Shown here: positions 14,620 to 27,712 of the stretch, piece by piece | Position numbering within the stretch: position 1 is the first letter of the stretch | Layout of the letters: every line of letters begins with the position of its first letter | Source: Haliotis rufescens | Lineage: Eukaryota | NCBI RefSeq assembly: GCF_023055435.1 | Contig: NW_025964223.1 | Coordinates: 38,440,001 to 38,504,000 of the forward strand | Direction of reading: 5' to 3' | DNA length: 64,000 bases | Position numbers and translations under genes: made by a program | The notes under the pieces: model-generated | The model's input: the letters and a program-made list of their open reading frames with translations, nothing else | The model's database searches: none | Told to the model about the DNA's origin: nothing

Positions 14620-15090
14620 GGGGGCCGATATATATCCCCCACGTTGGAATATTGCAATCAGAATGTCCACTAGGAACAACTCCTGAACCGTTGAATATTT
14701 CTAGATAAAACTTGTTGTACAGATCAGCCTAGGGTGGGGTGAACTGGTGCTTTTTGATGAGTTGGGATATTTATGTTTTGTGTTTTTTGCTTGTTTTCAT
14801 GGCGACAAGTTGGACGAGGGTAGAACTTAAAATAAAAAATAAACGTTGAATATTTGTAGATGAAACTAGCTGTACACATCAGTCTAGTAATAAACTGGAG
14901 AATTGGGATTTTATTTTTCATTTTATTTGTATGTGTTCATGACAAGTTGGACTTATACTGAAAACGAAGGAAGGTCTCGTTTCCGGAGCAGAAATCCAAA
15001 ACGTTTGAATATTTTGTTGTTGAAATTTGCTATACAGATCAGTGTAGTGATGAATTGGTGCCTATTGATGCTTAGGGATATTGAAAAATA
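14620..15090. mobile_element. Putative non-autonomous Helentron/HINE-like element with ~3 degenerate internal repeats
   Basis: Recurring ttgaatattt...gaaact..tgtacagatcagt.tag..tgaactgg blocks at ~14690, ~14845 and ~15005; classification is by resemblance only. Confidence 0.35.
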
Positions 15091-17817
15091 CTGAACAGCG
15101 TCATTTTGTCTTCACTGAACTGAAGGTATTCAATGGCAGTGAACCAAGAGTGGGATATAAGTAGCCAAACTTGAATAGCACCAGAACGCGGGATATGTCA
15201 CCTGCTGATGACTCTTGTTTGAAGTGTGACCATACCGTACTGCGAACGGGGTCATGTTGGATTTCCCTTGCACATGAAATACCCAACGCACTCTGTATGA
15301 TTTAAATACCATCCAAATCTCGCTAGAAAATCTGAATTACACCCACGTATTATCTGAGAAAGTATTCATCATATATCATTTCATAGATGATTTAAAACTC
15401 TTCTCAGATAGCTAAAGTTGGCCTTTTTTATGCACTTACATGAAGCAAAGGTAATAGCTTTTTAGTTATATAATAATCGAATTACACTGGCGCGGTCCAA
15501 AGTAGGTTAAGAAAATCGGTTATATAATCAAAGTAAGTTAGATAGAACCTTGACTCGTACACAAGTACAGTGACTTTAAAATGAAAGTTCCTAGCTAATT
15601 GGCGAGTTTTAATTGTAGTTGTGATAACGGTGCCAATAGTCAAAGACATTTGGATATGTTTTGTTGATAATATATACCTGTAGGTGTGAGATACCATTTG
15701 TATATCTGATGTCAACTGGCACCTAGACACGAAGAAGAAAATACTCGGAAACAGAAGTTCGCAAACGGGGATAATTGGTATTGACCTCGTCTGAGAGAGG
15801 AGTGATGTGAAATACAATCATGATTATTTGTATCGCTTACAGAATACCCTTTCTATGTAATAATGTATTCTGACAGAAGCATCTTGCTCCGTCACACTGA
15901 ATGGAAGACAAAACATTATCTGTGAGTGATCTGACTGACAGATGTAGCATGTCAATTTCAAATCGAAGGTAAACAAACACGGAGATGTTATGCCTCACAA
16001 AAATAAGTATTGGGCTGTCACTGAAAATAAGGTTAAGTACAGTTGTCATCCGCCACTGTAGTCTTGAACAGAGGACAGATGTTATAACACGACGTCGTAT
16101 ACACGTGCATTAACCCTCAATTGGCCTACCAGAAGCGAGCATCTTGATGCATAAAACTTTACTTTCAAAACACGTGGCTCTGTAAGGCAAGTTGGCATGT
16201 CTTATCAACCTGCACTAATGTTAATAATTGAGCACAAGGGAAGGGCAGGAGTGGCGTAGCCACGAGTAAATATATTTCTTTTCCCCCGTCACGAAATGAG
16301 AGAAACGTGATATTTCACTCGACACATGGAATACCCTATTTATTGTATACTTTTTGTGTAGTTGACTTCAGGAAAATTAAACTATTTCATTACAAATGTG
16401 AAACCGTGGAACGTAAATTCCCCCTACCTAACACACAGGGGCGGTTCACCACCCCTTGTATTTGCCACTTAAAAAGTAGTTTCGTGTTTGCCAAATCTTA
16501 AAAAAGTAACAAAAAATATTTAGGGTCACGAAATTTCTTCATCATACATTTAGGTTTGATTATATACAAAATCAACTTTAACAAAACATATTCTTGAAAA
16601 CTATGACACTGCTGTTGGAAACGAAAGAATACACGCTGGTCAAGTAACAAATATGGCTCCTTGCGAAATGAACAGTCTCGATTGACGAATTAAATGAGAA
16701 ATTAACAGATTATAACAAAACATTTTCAAGAGTATAACAAACGCCAAGAAACGATATTTATTCCATAAATTACCATCTGTTACTATTTTGCCTTGTCAAT
16801 GTAGCATCAACGTAAAAAGGAAGTCAAAGTGCGGGTCGTGCACTTACGATAAAGGGAGACAATTTGAGGGGAGGTAACTCGTGTATGTCAATAGTTCCGT
16901 CAAAGTGTTATGTTCACAGTATCAAGTGTTATGTTCACTGCAGTGAAATATTAAGTGTTATGTTCACTGCAATGAAAATGTCATTTTTCTCAACTTCAGA
17001 AAACTAAACTCACTCTTTCACACTGAAGTATATATTAAAAGACAGTCGACATAAGGTGTCATTACCACAAGACATAATGGACACACTGTTTCCTGTAAAC
17101 ACTCAAACCCACCTGGATTTGATTGTTTAAGCGAAGTTGTACTTATCCAGAAACTCTATTTAGTATTGACGACTCTACATCTTTATGTAAACAAGGAAGT
17201 TTTATGTCGCTTTGTTTGACGCCATGACGTCCCATCGCGACAGCATAAGGTACAATATGTCATTCTGTCTTTAAAATAAAATGTAAATTAACACTGACTA
17301 ACAGCTTGATGCCAAGCCCCGAGTCTCAGCCTCACAAAGCGCCCGCTGGCCAGCACCATAGAGAGAGAAAACACATGGTCAGCGCCAGCACCAGTGCATA
17401 TTTAATACGTTCGTGAAACAACTCTGAGATGCATTCCAGGTTACAAGATGTCGATGTTCCTCAAACTCAAGACGTTCCACTGAAGGATTATCTGGCAAAT
17501 ACGACGTCTGAAGTAAAGATGTGGGGAGAGGTTATGTCTCCACTACACACGGTCGATGTTTGTGTGAACAGGGCACAGCTTGTAGAGAAGAATCGTTGTT
17601 TCAATAAGACGTTTGTCAACACACATGGAGGTGTCAGGTTACTCATTGGACAACACTCTCACACGGGTCAGGTGGTGCACGCGCTCTGACGTCACCAATA
17701 CTGCTAGGTGAGCTAATTAGTGAGAGTGGGTTTTCAGAGAGCTTGTATCAGGTAAATCATATGTAGAGAGTACAAATTGTAGGATATTGAAATCCGTGAA
17801 TGTATCGATCTTATTAA

Positions 17818-19156
17818 GACACATGTACACGGGGAGCTTGGTGTGATGTAAACACATATATACAGTGACAGCTTGGTGTGATGTAAACACACATATTCCC
17901 CAACAGCCTGGTGTGATGTAAACACATGTTTACACTGACAGCTTGGCGTGATGTAAACACGTGTGTACACTGACAGCTTGGTTTTATGTAAACACAGGTC
18001 TCCACTGACAGCTTGGTGTGATGTAAACACATATACATGGACAGCGTGGTGTGATGAAAACACATCTATACATTAACAGCTTAGTTAGATGTAAACACAT
18101 GTATTCACTAGCTAACAGCTTGTTGTGATGTAAACACATCTATACATTACCAGCTTAGTGTGATGTAAACACATTATACACTGACAGTGTGGTGTGATGT
18201 AAACACATGCATGACATGTTTAGCTTGATGTGATGTTAACACATATACATTGACAGCTTGGCGTGATGTAAACACATGTGTACACTGACAGCTTGGCGTG
18301 ATGTAAACACATATATACCAGGACAGCTTGGTGTGATGTAAACACATATATGCACTGACAGCTTGGTGTGATGTAAACATATATATACACTGACAACTTG
18401 GCGTGATGTAAACACATATACATGGACAGCTTGGTGCGATGTAAACACTTGTGTACACTGACAGCTTGGTTTGATGTAAACACGGGTCTCGGCTGACAGC
18501 TTGGTGTGATGTAAACACATATATACACTGACAGCTTGGTGTGATGTAAACACATGTATACACTGACAGCTTAGTGTGACGTAAACACAGGTATACACTG
18601 ACAGCTTGGTGTGATGTAAACACGGGTCTCCACTGACAGCTTGGTGTGACGTAAACACAGATATACACTGACAGCTTGGTGCGATGTAAACACATATATA
18701 CACTGACAGCTTGGTGTGATGTAAACACATATATACACTGAAAGCTTGGCGTGATGTAAACACATATACATGGACAGCTTGTTGCGATGTAAACACGTGT
18801 GTACACTGACAGCTTGGTGTGATGTAAACACGGGTCTCGACTGACACCTTGGTGTGATGTAAACACATATATACACTGACAGCTTGGTGCGATGTAAACA
18901 CGTGTGTACACTGACAGCTTGGTTTGATGTAAACACGGGTCCCGGATGACAGCTTGGTGTCATGTAAACACATATATACATTAGCAGCTTAGTGTGATGT
19001 AAACACATATATACACTGACAGCTTGGTGTGGCGTAAACACAGGTATACACTGACAGCTTGGTGTGATGTAAACACGTGTGTACACTGACAGCTTGGTGT
19101 GATGTAAACACATATATACACTGACAGCTTGGTGTGGCGTAAACACAGGTATACAC
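17818..19156. repeat. 35-bp minisatellite (acagcttggtgtgatgtaaacacatatatacactg)
   Basis: About 38 tandem units; the overlapping long ORFs are repeat artefacts. Confidence 0.97.
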
Positions 19157-19792
19157 GGATCCAGATTTCGACATATGAATAAGGTTGTACTTTTTTTGTC
19201 TTTGTTTTCTTTCCTTTTAAATTCTCCCTTTGCCAAATTCTACAGAAAACTTGATTCCTTTCCAAAATTGATCCAGAAAAATAAGTTCAGGGGTCGCGAA
19301 TCTGACAGAGCTTCGGTTTGGAGGTGTAACTGTTACACCAGGAGTGTGTGCCTTTGTGTTTGCGCAATTTCATAACTATTTCCTTTAAAAAGATAGCCCT
19401 TCCATAAGTTATTCAGCGTAAATAAATCACAACAATTAAGTTATAAAGCTGCTGGACTGTTTTGTATATGTTCCATTGTTTCCTGGGTTTTGTGGTGGGT
19501 TGGGAATAGGGGTGGTGGTATGTATGTTATTTCTTTCTTGTAAAGGGTAAGTGTACAATACTATGTGTGGTATGATGGCCGCGTCTATGGAATTCGGTGG
19601 GTTTTACCGCTAGTGTAAGTAAAGGCTGACTATGCTGTTCTGTATTGTTCTGTAATCTGTACTATAGCTACGTAATGTACTGTACTGTAATGTACGGTTC
19701 TGTGTTGTACTGTTCAGCTTAAAACTGTATTGATTTTGTTCAACATTGTACTTTACTTCTATGCATGTCTCTGTACTCTACGGATCTGTCCT

Positions 19793-20211
19793 TTATCATC
19801 CAAAACTGGCTCCCCCCCGAGATATCGCTTGGATGAGATCAAGCGATATCTACACTGTAGATATCGCTGCAATGAAATTACATCACAGGGCTTTGCAGAC
19901 CTTTGTGACGTCACTGGTTACCATGACGTCACAATCAAATGACATCGCTAATGGTTCTGCTACTGAAGCTGTTGCCAATGCTATTTACACTGAAGACACT
20001 GCTAATTACTGTCTACAAATTGAAAAAGTTGGAAGAATGATGTTGGATGATAAATTAAATCTCACCCTCGTGTCTTTTGATATCAAATATATATATAATA
20101 CACTCGTTGATAAAAGTGGCAAAAATCCTCGGCAAGCCTCGGAATTTTTCCACTTTTATCAACCCGTGTTGATATATTTGATATCAAAAGACACGAGGGT
20201 TAGATTCTCTA
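19793..20211. mobile_element. Non-autonomous DNA element with a long subterminal hairpin, inserted in a (TGTAC)-rich tract
   Basis: Imperfect palindrome 20058-20206 centred on cctcggcaagcctcgg; the same low-complexity TGTAC/TACTG tract lies on both sides. Confidence 0.5.
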
Positions 20212-20694
20212 TGTATTGTACTTCTAGTTTAATACTGAACCGTTGTGTTCAATACTGTACTTCTTTGCATGTTTTTGTACTGTACGGATCTGTCCTGTAT
20301 TGTACTTTTCTGTTTAACTACTGCACTGTTGAGTTATACTGTACTACTGTACTTTACTGTGCGGTTCTGCTTTCTAGAAACGAGGGTCGGGAACTCATTA
20401 GGAAAATAGCACATATCGTCTTGTCGATATACAGAAAAGGGTCGGTCAAAAATCAATGGCGTCGTTGCAGGAGCTGTTGCAAGGGTGCGGTCACAGACGT
20501 CGGCAAAACGATCTCTTACATCTTTCCGCACATACATGAACACATATTGAAGAAGCTATCAAATATCCTACTGCTGTCAACACGCATTGAATAACTGTGG
20601 CCTTATGGCATTAATGTGAGATTGTTTGCCCTGCTTTGGGAGCTCCTTGGATTGAGTGAACATAAGGTGTGATGTCGAACATGTTTATAAATTA

Positions 20695-20928
20695 TGGCAA
20701 CCCATGCTTGCTGTAAAATCCGATTATGCTTGTCGCAAGAGGCGACTGCCGGGATCGGGTGGTCAGGCTCGCTGACTTGGTTTTTGCATGTTTTCGTATC
20801 CCATTTGCGTAGATAGATGCTCATGATATCAATCACTAGATTGTCTGGTCCAGACGTGATTAATTTCAGACCGCCGTCATATAGCTGGAATATTGCTGAG
20901 TGCGGCGTTAAACAACAAACAAAAAACA
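20695..20928 (+). mobile_element. SINE family A
   Basis: Same body as 13205 and 24635; (AAC/AAAC) tail. Confidence 0.85.
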
Positions 20929-23329
20929 TAAATAATGGCTACACGCCAACTGTCACAATGACTATTCACATACTACTTTAAACCCGCATCGTTGATGAAT
21001 CTAGAGAACATGCATGTTCATCATAAAGACGAAAGTTTTATGTATGATCGTTCTTGGCAATAAAATGTTTAAGGTCAATGTGGTTGTTGTATTCGAGTAA
21101 ATGCCAAACAATATGTTTGAGTTGTTCTTCCCCAACAAGTACAAGTCCCTTTCAAACAACCCACAGTTGTGACAAAGCATGTCAATGAAATCAGGTCCGT
21201 ATGCCCTTTCAATCCAGACAATATTTACTGCTACTGTGAGTTGACCTCACATCAATCCGTCTAGGTCAGTATTTGGGCCCCGTTAATCTCCAGCCGTAGG
21301 GGAAACAATAGTTTAAGATCACTCACATTTTCTACGACTGTCCTTCTGTTAGGGAGAGCCTAAAATATCCCAGTGACCCTTAAATGCCAAGGTCACAATA
21401 GTGTACCTATTGCCAGTATTGCCAAGTGGTCGTGGCTATTTCTTGAGCCACGGCATTGGCCACATTCACGGCGTACCAACTTCCATGACAGGAAGCACGG
21501 AGCATGAAAGCCCAGTTGTTACACTGTCACAGTCCATTTCTATATGGGAATTAAATATGAAGTAGTTTTCTGAACAATTAGATGTGCAAAAAAATCCGTC
21601 TGAAATTTTTTGGGCTGCCATCGAAGAACATGTAATTATTGTCTTCGAAAATATGTTACTATTGAAAGAGAAACTGGAGAACAAGCGCGATGTCTCTAAA
21701 ATAGAGGGACAACACATTCAGGGATCAATGCACAATAGTGGTTGTGAAAAAAGTTTAGACGGGGACGATTTTGGTTTATTTTTCAAAAGAAGAAACCAAA
21801 ATTGATTTTGTTTGGGTGCATTTCACGAAGGGTTTGTGAAATATCAAATTTCATTATAGCATGGACAATGCTTGCAGTATTGAGACAATGCTACCATCGG
21901 TTTCAAATGATAAAACAATCTATGAAATTTAAACAAGAAGCGTTTGAAGTTGTGAGTGATGGAAAGCAGTACAATACATTTACACAAAATTCATATATAG
22001 TTTCAGATATAATTGTACTGACTTGAATATGAAGCATCTTACAAAGACAATAAATTACTATTTAATATCGAAAAGTTTTTTGGGGAGAAAACATCACGCA
22101 ATTCAATAGTAAATGGGAATGTCTTAAATTACACTAAAAAACAAAAACACCTCACCGAGCCACCACATTAAGTTTACGTTGTTTCACATGTTTGATTTGA
22201 TGTTGTTGTTGATTATTGTCAGCAATTTTCAAACCATATATCTCGGCGGCCTGAAAATAATAAAGTCTGTTTCAGGCAAACCAGTGATTGACATTATGAG
22301 CAAACGCCCCTTGCTGTCGGGGTACGAATGACCCTCCGATCCATTTAGTCGCCTTATACGACAAGCGGCTGCTGCGCAGGGGTTAGTAGTTTGGAATAAC
22401 CATTTGATACAATGTAGAATCAAAAGCAGAAAGTGTTATGGACTAACTCTTTGAAAACGTCACCAGTTTCACACAAACGGGCTAGCATAAGTAGTTTCTA
22501 ACGCTGACATAATCAGGCATCGCACGGAATAACGAAGCATTGTATGACTTGATATAAAGAACACGTTATAAGAACAATATTTATATAATATGATATATAT
22601 TAATGTTTGTATCCATTACACTACTAATGATGAAAATTAATTATGAAAATACAATTACCATCAATACAATTACTCTCACTTCTCTTTTTGAGTACACGAG
22701 GATGTGACGACAGCAGCTGCAGGTCATGGCCTCGCTCCATTTACACATGACAAGGTAAGAACACGAACCCTACTTGAATCCTTTTCCAGAAATAACAACC
22801 TTATTAAAATGTTTTTGATAGATAAGACTAGCGAAAGCTTGGAATATATAATTACATTCATTTACAGACTTTTGACTGTTTTGATCTATCCTCAACTAAT
22901 AACAAGCTTTGTCAAATGTCACACGACCAAATAACGATCTTGTAACAGGCCGCCATACGCCCAGCCAACGTTAATGATCATAAGATACCTTTGTGATGGG
23001 CTCTTCCCTGTTTAATCAATATGTATTTCATCCCTTTCCATACGTGGACACATATCATACGCATGTCACTGGTCATTGTCCGTATATTTGTGTAACCAGT
23101 GACCGATGTCAGTTCGCACCTGATAGCGACACTGACACTTCGAATGTAAGCATGACGTATTCGTAATTTGATATATTGCTCTTGATACACAGAAACTTTG
23201 GATTACATGAAGGACAATGACGCCAAGTCCAAATCTAATATTCTGAGTAAGTGTGACAGTGGACAATATTTTTGTAAACGATTCATATGTTTGAAAACAA
23301 AAGAAGATTGATTGCGCAACAGTAACTTT

Positions 23330-24409
23330 ATGGAGATGTATTTTAATACTCGAACTGTGATCTCCTCCACATACAGTGTGCTTGTTATCATATTGATATT
23401 TATGTTGTTTAACGTATGTGTGTGGGTATCAAATAGTCTAGTGAGTTGTGTGACCAGCGGTCACTTCATCATGGAGACTCTCTCCGGACATCGGAACACT
23501 GACCGACACATGGACAATATACATGTTATGCGTGTAAATAGATCCCTAAAGTCGAGAAGTGTCACGATATATCCAAAAACGGATTCCTTAAATTTTACTT
23601 TGAATAATCCTGAAGTGTGTAAAGGGAACATCCGAAACTCGGTGGACGGTGTGTCTGTGTTGTTCCTTGTGCACAGCGCTCCTCGTCATTTCAAAAACAG
23701 AGAGAACATTCGTTCAACGTTTACGAACCAATCATATTTCAAGTTACACACTGTCCGAGTGATTTTTATTGTAGGAAAATCCAAGTTTAAAATACAGAAT
23801 ACAAAACTGGCTGCTGAACATCGGAAGTACGGTGACGTCATACAAGGTGACTTCCGGGATTCGTATCACAATCTCACATTGAAGGCCGTTGCAGGATTTC
23901 ATTGGATAACTAAATACTGCCCTGACGTCAAAGTTGTCGCAAAAATTGACGACGACACCTTTGTGAATACTGTGATGTTACTTCAAACATACTTTCCGTT
24001 TCTCGCCAAGAGGAGGAAGAGTCTGATCTGTCATCGCCTTCCATTCATGAAAGTGAACGCCCGGGGTATATGGACTGCTATGGAAATCGCGACCACCCTG
24101 AGGTATTACCCAACATACCCTTGGCACCACTGCAGTGGGTACGGCGTGTTTGTTAGAGGAGATCTGATTGGTCCGTTGTGTAAGGCCGCCACCATAACGC
24201 CACTCCTGTGGGTGGACGATGTCTATGTAACAGGCATGCTAACATCTAGAATTAATGGAGTTACATTTAAACACGCCCCTAATCGGATGTTGAATCACTG
24301 TTTTCATAAACGAAACTGTAACATGCTGTATGGCAATGTTCCTGTTAACGACATACCAAGAATTTGGAAGTACATATTTACGGTGCGGTATCAGAATCCT
24401 TATGTGTGA
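23330..24409 (+). CDS. Beta-1,3-galactosyltransferase-like protein (CAZy GT31), 359 aa, single coding exon
   Basis: Type II transmembrane segment (VLVIILIFMLFNVCVWV); LFLVHSAP...NRENIRSTF, EHRKYGDVIQGDFRDSYHNLTLK, KIDDDTFVN (DxD), CSGYG, DDVYVTG; acceptor caacag just before ATG 23330; candidate 5'UTR exon donor aag|gtaaga at 22754. Confidence 0.93.
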   Translation: MEMYFNTRTVISSTYSVLVIILIFMLFNVCVWVSNSLVSCVTSGHFIMETLSGHRNTDRHMDNIHVMRVNRSLKSRSVTIYPKTDSLNFTLNNPEVCKGNIRNSVDGVSVLFLVHSAPRHFKNRENIRSTFTNQSYFKLHTVRVIFIVGKSKFKIQNTKLAAEHRKYGDVIQGDFRDSYHNLTLKAVAGFHWITKYCPDVKVVAKIDDDTFVNTVMLLQTYFPFLAKRRKSLICHRLPFMKVNARGIWTAMEIATTLRYYPTYPWHHCSGYGVFVRGDLIGPLCKAATITPLLWVDDVYVTGMLTSRINGVTFKHAPNRMLNHCFHKRNCNMLYGNVPVNDIPRIWKYIFTVRYQNPYV

Positions 24410-24455
24410 CGTCACTTGGTGAATGTTTGTGCTGCATATGTTGATGCTGTACACA

Positions 24456-24626
24456 CAGTGAAACTTATTTAACTCGAAGTCCTAGGGGCCACCTAACACA
24501 TATCGACTCATACATAGTTCGAGACAAGCGGAGGGCCGATATTCGAACAATCCGATATAGATTCTACCGGGACTATAAAGGTCGATATAGCGAGTTAATG
24601 GTATTCGAGTTAACCAGGTTTCACTG
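24456..24626. mobile_element. Tc1/pogo-type MITE
   Basis: Imperfect TIRs cagtgaaacttatttaactcgaa / ttcgagttaaccaggtttcactg, followed by TA on the right. Confidence 0.7.
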
Positions 24627-24634
24627 TATTACAA

Positions 24635-25120
24635 ACCCGTGAAGATCCGGGTTAGAATTGATCTTAAGCAACCGATGCGCGTCATAAGAGGCGACTATGC
24701 TTTTCGTAAGGGACCGACCATTTGATATTCAGCTCTTTTCTCAGCTACAGATACAAAAATATATTATTTTATGTAAAAGTATGTGACTGAATGTTTTTAA
24801 GAAACATACCTTGCAACAATGTAACATTTAAAGTAGACAATTATTTTTTCAACAGTCTGAAGTTGAATGATCTTTTTCAAGAATTTTAGGGGACGATGTA
24901 TTGTTTTCGATAAATAGAATATCAAATGATCGGCCCCTTAGAGGCGACTAACGGGACCGGGTGGTCGGGCTCGCTGTAATCGAATTCCAATTGCGCTGAT
25001 CGACGCTCATGATATCAAACACTGGATTGTCTGGCCCAGACTTGATTGTTTACAGACCGCCGTCATTAAGCTGGAATATTGCTGAGTGCGGTATTAAACA
25101 ACAAACAAACAAATAAACAA
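24635..25120 (+). mobile_element. SINE family A with 14-bp target-site duplication, interrupted by a MITE
   Basis: TSD tcactgtattacaa at 24621-24634 and 25121-25134; (AAAC)n tail. Confidence 0.9.
24710..24937. mobile_element. PIF/Harbinger-like MITE nested in the SINE
   Basis: TIRs gggaccgaccatttgatattc / gaatatcaaatgatcggcccc; TAA/TTA flanks; splits the SINE motif cgtaagaggcgac. Confidence 0.75.
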
Positions 25121-25813
25121 TCACTGTATTACAATGAGACTGGTATCTAAATATATTGTTTGCGAATAGTTCAAGCAAATGCTACAGAACAAACATCGTT
25201 ATTTCAAATAAAAACAAATCTTAAATTCGATGTTTTTACTCTTCCTTATGTTACGAGCGTTGTCTCAGAACGTATATAGCATTGCACGCTATAATATTGA
25301 GGTAGTTCATTCATGATGGATCGTAATGGCAAATGCTTACCAACACATTAACTGTGTCATACGCAAAATGTTTCTTGTTCTTTATTCAGCTTTTATGACA
25401 CATCAATCAGGATTAATCGATGCTGATTTTCTTCACCGAGTTCGGTGAACAAAGTACCTGTCATTGGCGACTCAATGGCGGGTAACTCTATATTATCGCG
25501 GGATCACTATTTTGTGTGTGATACGTGTGGATTATGTGGTTTACATCACTTCCTGTTTTTGATTATGCATAATCAGTATTCATACGACCTAGGTTGGGTC
25601 AAAGGACATCGTCCAAACAAGTGGATTCTTTTCTATCCAATTTCGAATGGAGTTAGGGGCAATTGCACGTACAAAACATTCCAGAAACTATCATAAAAAA
25701 GTTCATGTGTATACTTACGCTCAGTCGTGACATAACGCAACGAGACCTGCCTTCGATCATGCGATGAAATATTGTGCTTATTTTTCCGTAAGTAAACAGT
25801 CGAAGGGAATGTA

Positions 25814-26189
25814 CGAGGGGTGTTCATTAAAGATTTCCCCTGACCCACTTCCGATGGACCGAGTGGAATGAAACTTGGCATAGGTATTAGTCTTTCTCCA
25901 CATAGGAACCATATGATGGGGCATCTTCTCCATAAGTTGCTTTCATTTCATCGAAAGTTTCTTTTGTGTGCGACCTTTCAAATATAAAAACCTAACCACT
26001 GCTCGGTATTCTACTGGCTCAATTGTCACACCCTACTCGATCATAACACCTGTAAAAGTGGTAAGATTAATAGTTCGGTGCTGCAAATTCAAACAACCCA
26101 TAGATACATGTATCATTACACATGTGAAATTTCAACCAAATTTGATAACCCTAAGTGGTTTAGGGGAAATCTTTAATGAACACCCCTCG
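25814..26189. mobile_element. mariner-type MITE
   Basis: 37-bp TIR cgaggggtgttcattaaagatttcccct... (first 28 bp perfect) and TA duplication on both sides. Confidence 0.92.
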
Positions 26190-27329
26190 TAGATTACGAG
26201 ATTTACCGATACTGCGATAATATAGAGCCCGCGATAATATAGAGTCATACTATAGTGTTAAAGCTTTATTTGAATAACCACTACACACTGCCACCGTGAA
26301 ATGTTGTATGGTAATGTATTTAGAGATACTGTCACTTAATACATCATTTTGATGATGGTGACAGTGTGTTCCGGTAGTGAGTACAATTTGTAATGACCTA
26401 TAACGTTCTCGACTATCCACACTGTCAGGCTATGATGTCACACATAGAACCAAGCAGTTGAGCCTGTCTACCCGATCATAATCGCCTCTTACGACCAGCC
26501 TAGGTGACTGGGGACCCCTCGATAAGAAAGACGTTGTATAGACGCCTTGGTGAAAGTACAAGGCAGATGCAGCAAGCATAGTACACAACGTGACGCTGAT
26601 GAAGCCTTTTACGAGCGCTTCAATCAATGCACTGGTTTCAGTGGTCTCCATGGTGAATACAAGGACAGTTTGTCATACACGTTGCTTTCAAAGTGCTAAA
26701 TTAATGAGATAAACTTTGAGTCTTTTAACAAACACAGTTTTGCTTCGAGGAAAACCACATGAAATTAGGTTACTGAACTGATAAAAGTGACGTCAAAGCT
26801 ATGCTTTGTTTGTTTAACGCCGCACTCAGCACTATTCCAGCTATATGACAGCAGTCTGTAAACAAAACAAACAACACAAGCATGGTAGACAGTATGCCTG
26901 TAACGTTTATTTGTTAACAATCATTTCAAATCTTATATTTCAAGATGCCACATCATGTAAGTCACAGTGTTGTATCCTTCGTCAAGATTAGTGACTCCAC
27001 TTGTCCCAGTGTGATATGACTGTCTAAACAGTTTGTGTCATATATTATTGTGTCTTTAGGTTGGAGGATGGGGTCAGTTTTCAGTAATCGATCAACCATC
27101 AAGACCCCCTTTAAACTTCTAGAATGTAACACTTGTCAGTCAATATTGTGTATGCCCACCACAGGCATCAATGCCCGCCCCAACTCCACGACGGGCAGAA
27201 GATATGAGACGTCTCATCATAATAAGTGTGATTCGACGACACTCTTCTCAAAGGGCCTGTGTTAACTGATCCTTGTGCGACCTGGTCCTGCTCTAATCTG
27301 TCAAGTTGATCCCACAAGTGTTCTAATGG

Positions 27330-27595
27330 TGTTTGTTTGTTTGTTGTTTAACGCCGCACTCAGCAATATTCCAGCTTTATGACGGCGGTCCGTAAATAAT
27401 CAAGTATGGACCAGATAGACAAGTGATTGACGTCATGAACATCGATCCACGCAATTTGGATACAATGACATTTATCGACCAAGTCAGCGAGCCTGACCAC
27501 CGGATCCCGTTATTTGCCTCTTACGCCAAGCATAGTCGCCTTTTACAGCAAGCATGGGATGCTGAAGACCAATTCAACCCCGGATCTTCACGGGT
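27330..27595 (-). mobile_element. SINE family A, full length
   Basis: (GTTT)n tail through cccggatcttcacggg head. Confidence 0.88.
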
Positions 27596-27712
27596 CTTCT
27601 ATTGGTGATAAGTCTGGTGGTTGTGCTGGATGAGGTAAGATGTTGTATGAGGCCTTGTGTTATCTTGTTGAAACTGACAAAATCAACAGATCTGTCTTCA
27701 CGTGGCTACATA

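Noticed and set aside
17440-17707. Exon-like segment (ttccag acceptor, gtgagc donor) overlapping an 86-aa ORF
   Set aside because: The long frame stops before the donor and no family is recognisable; at most a non-coding exon
18174-19265. Long Cys/His-rich ORFs (also 54595-55323 and 60131-61280)
   Set aside because: Translations of minisatellites, open in several frames
19746-20594. 282-aa ORF
   Set aside because: Runs through a low-complexity tract, a palindromic element and unrelated flank; non-ATG start and no domain
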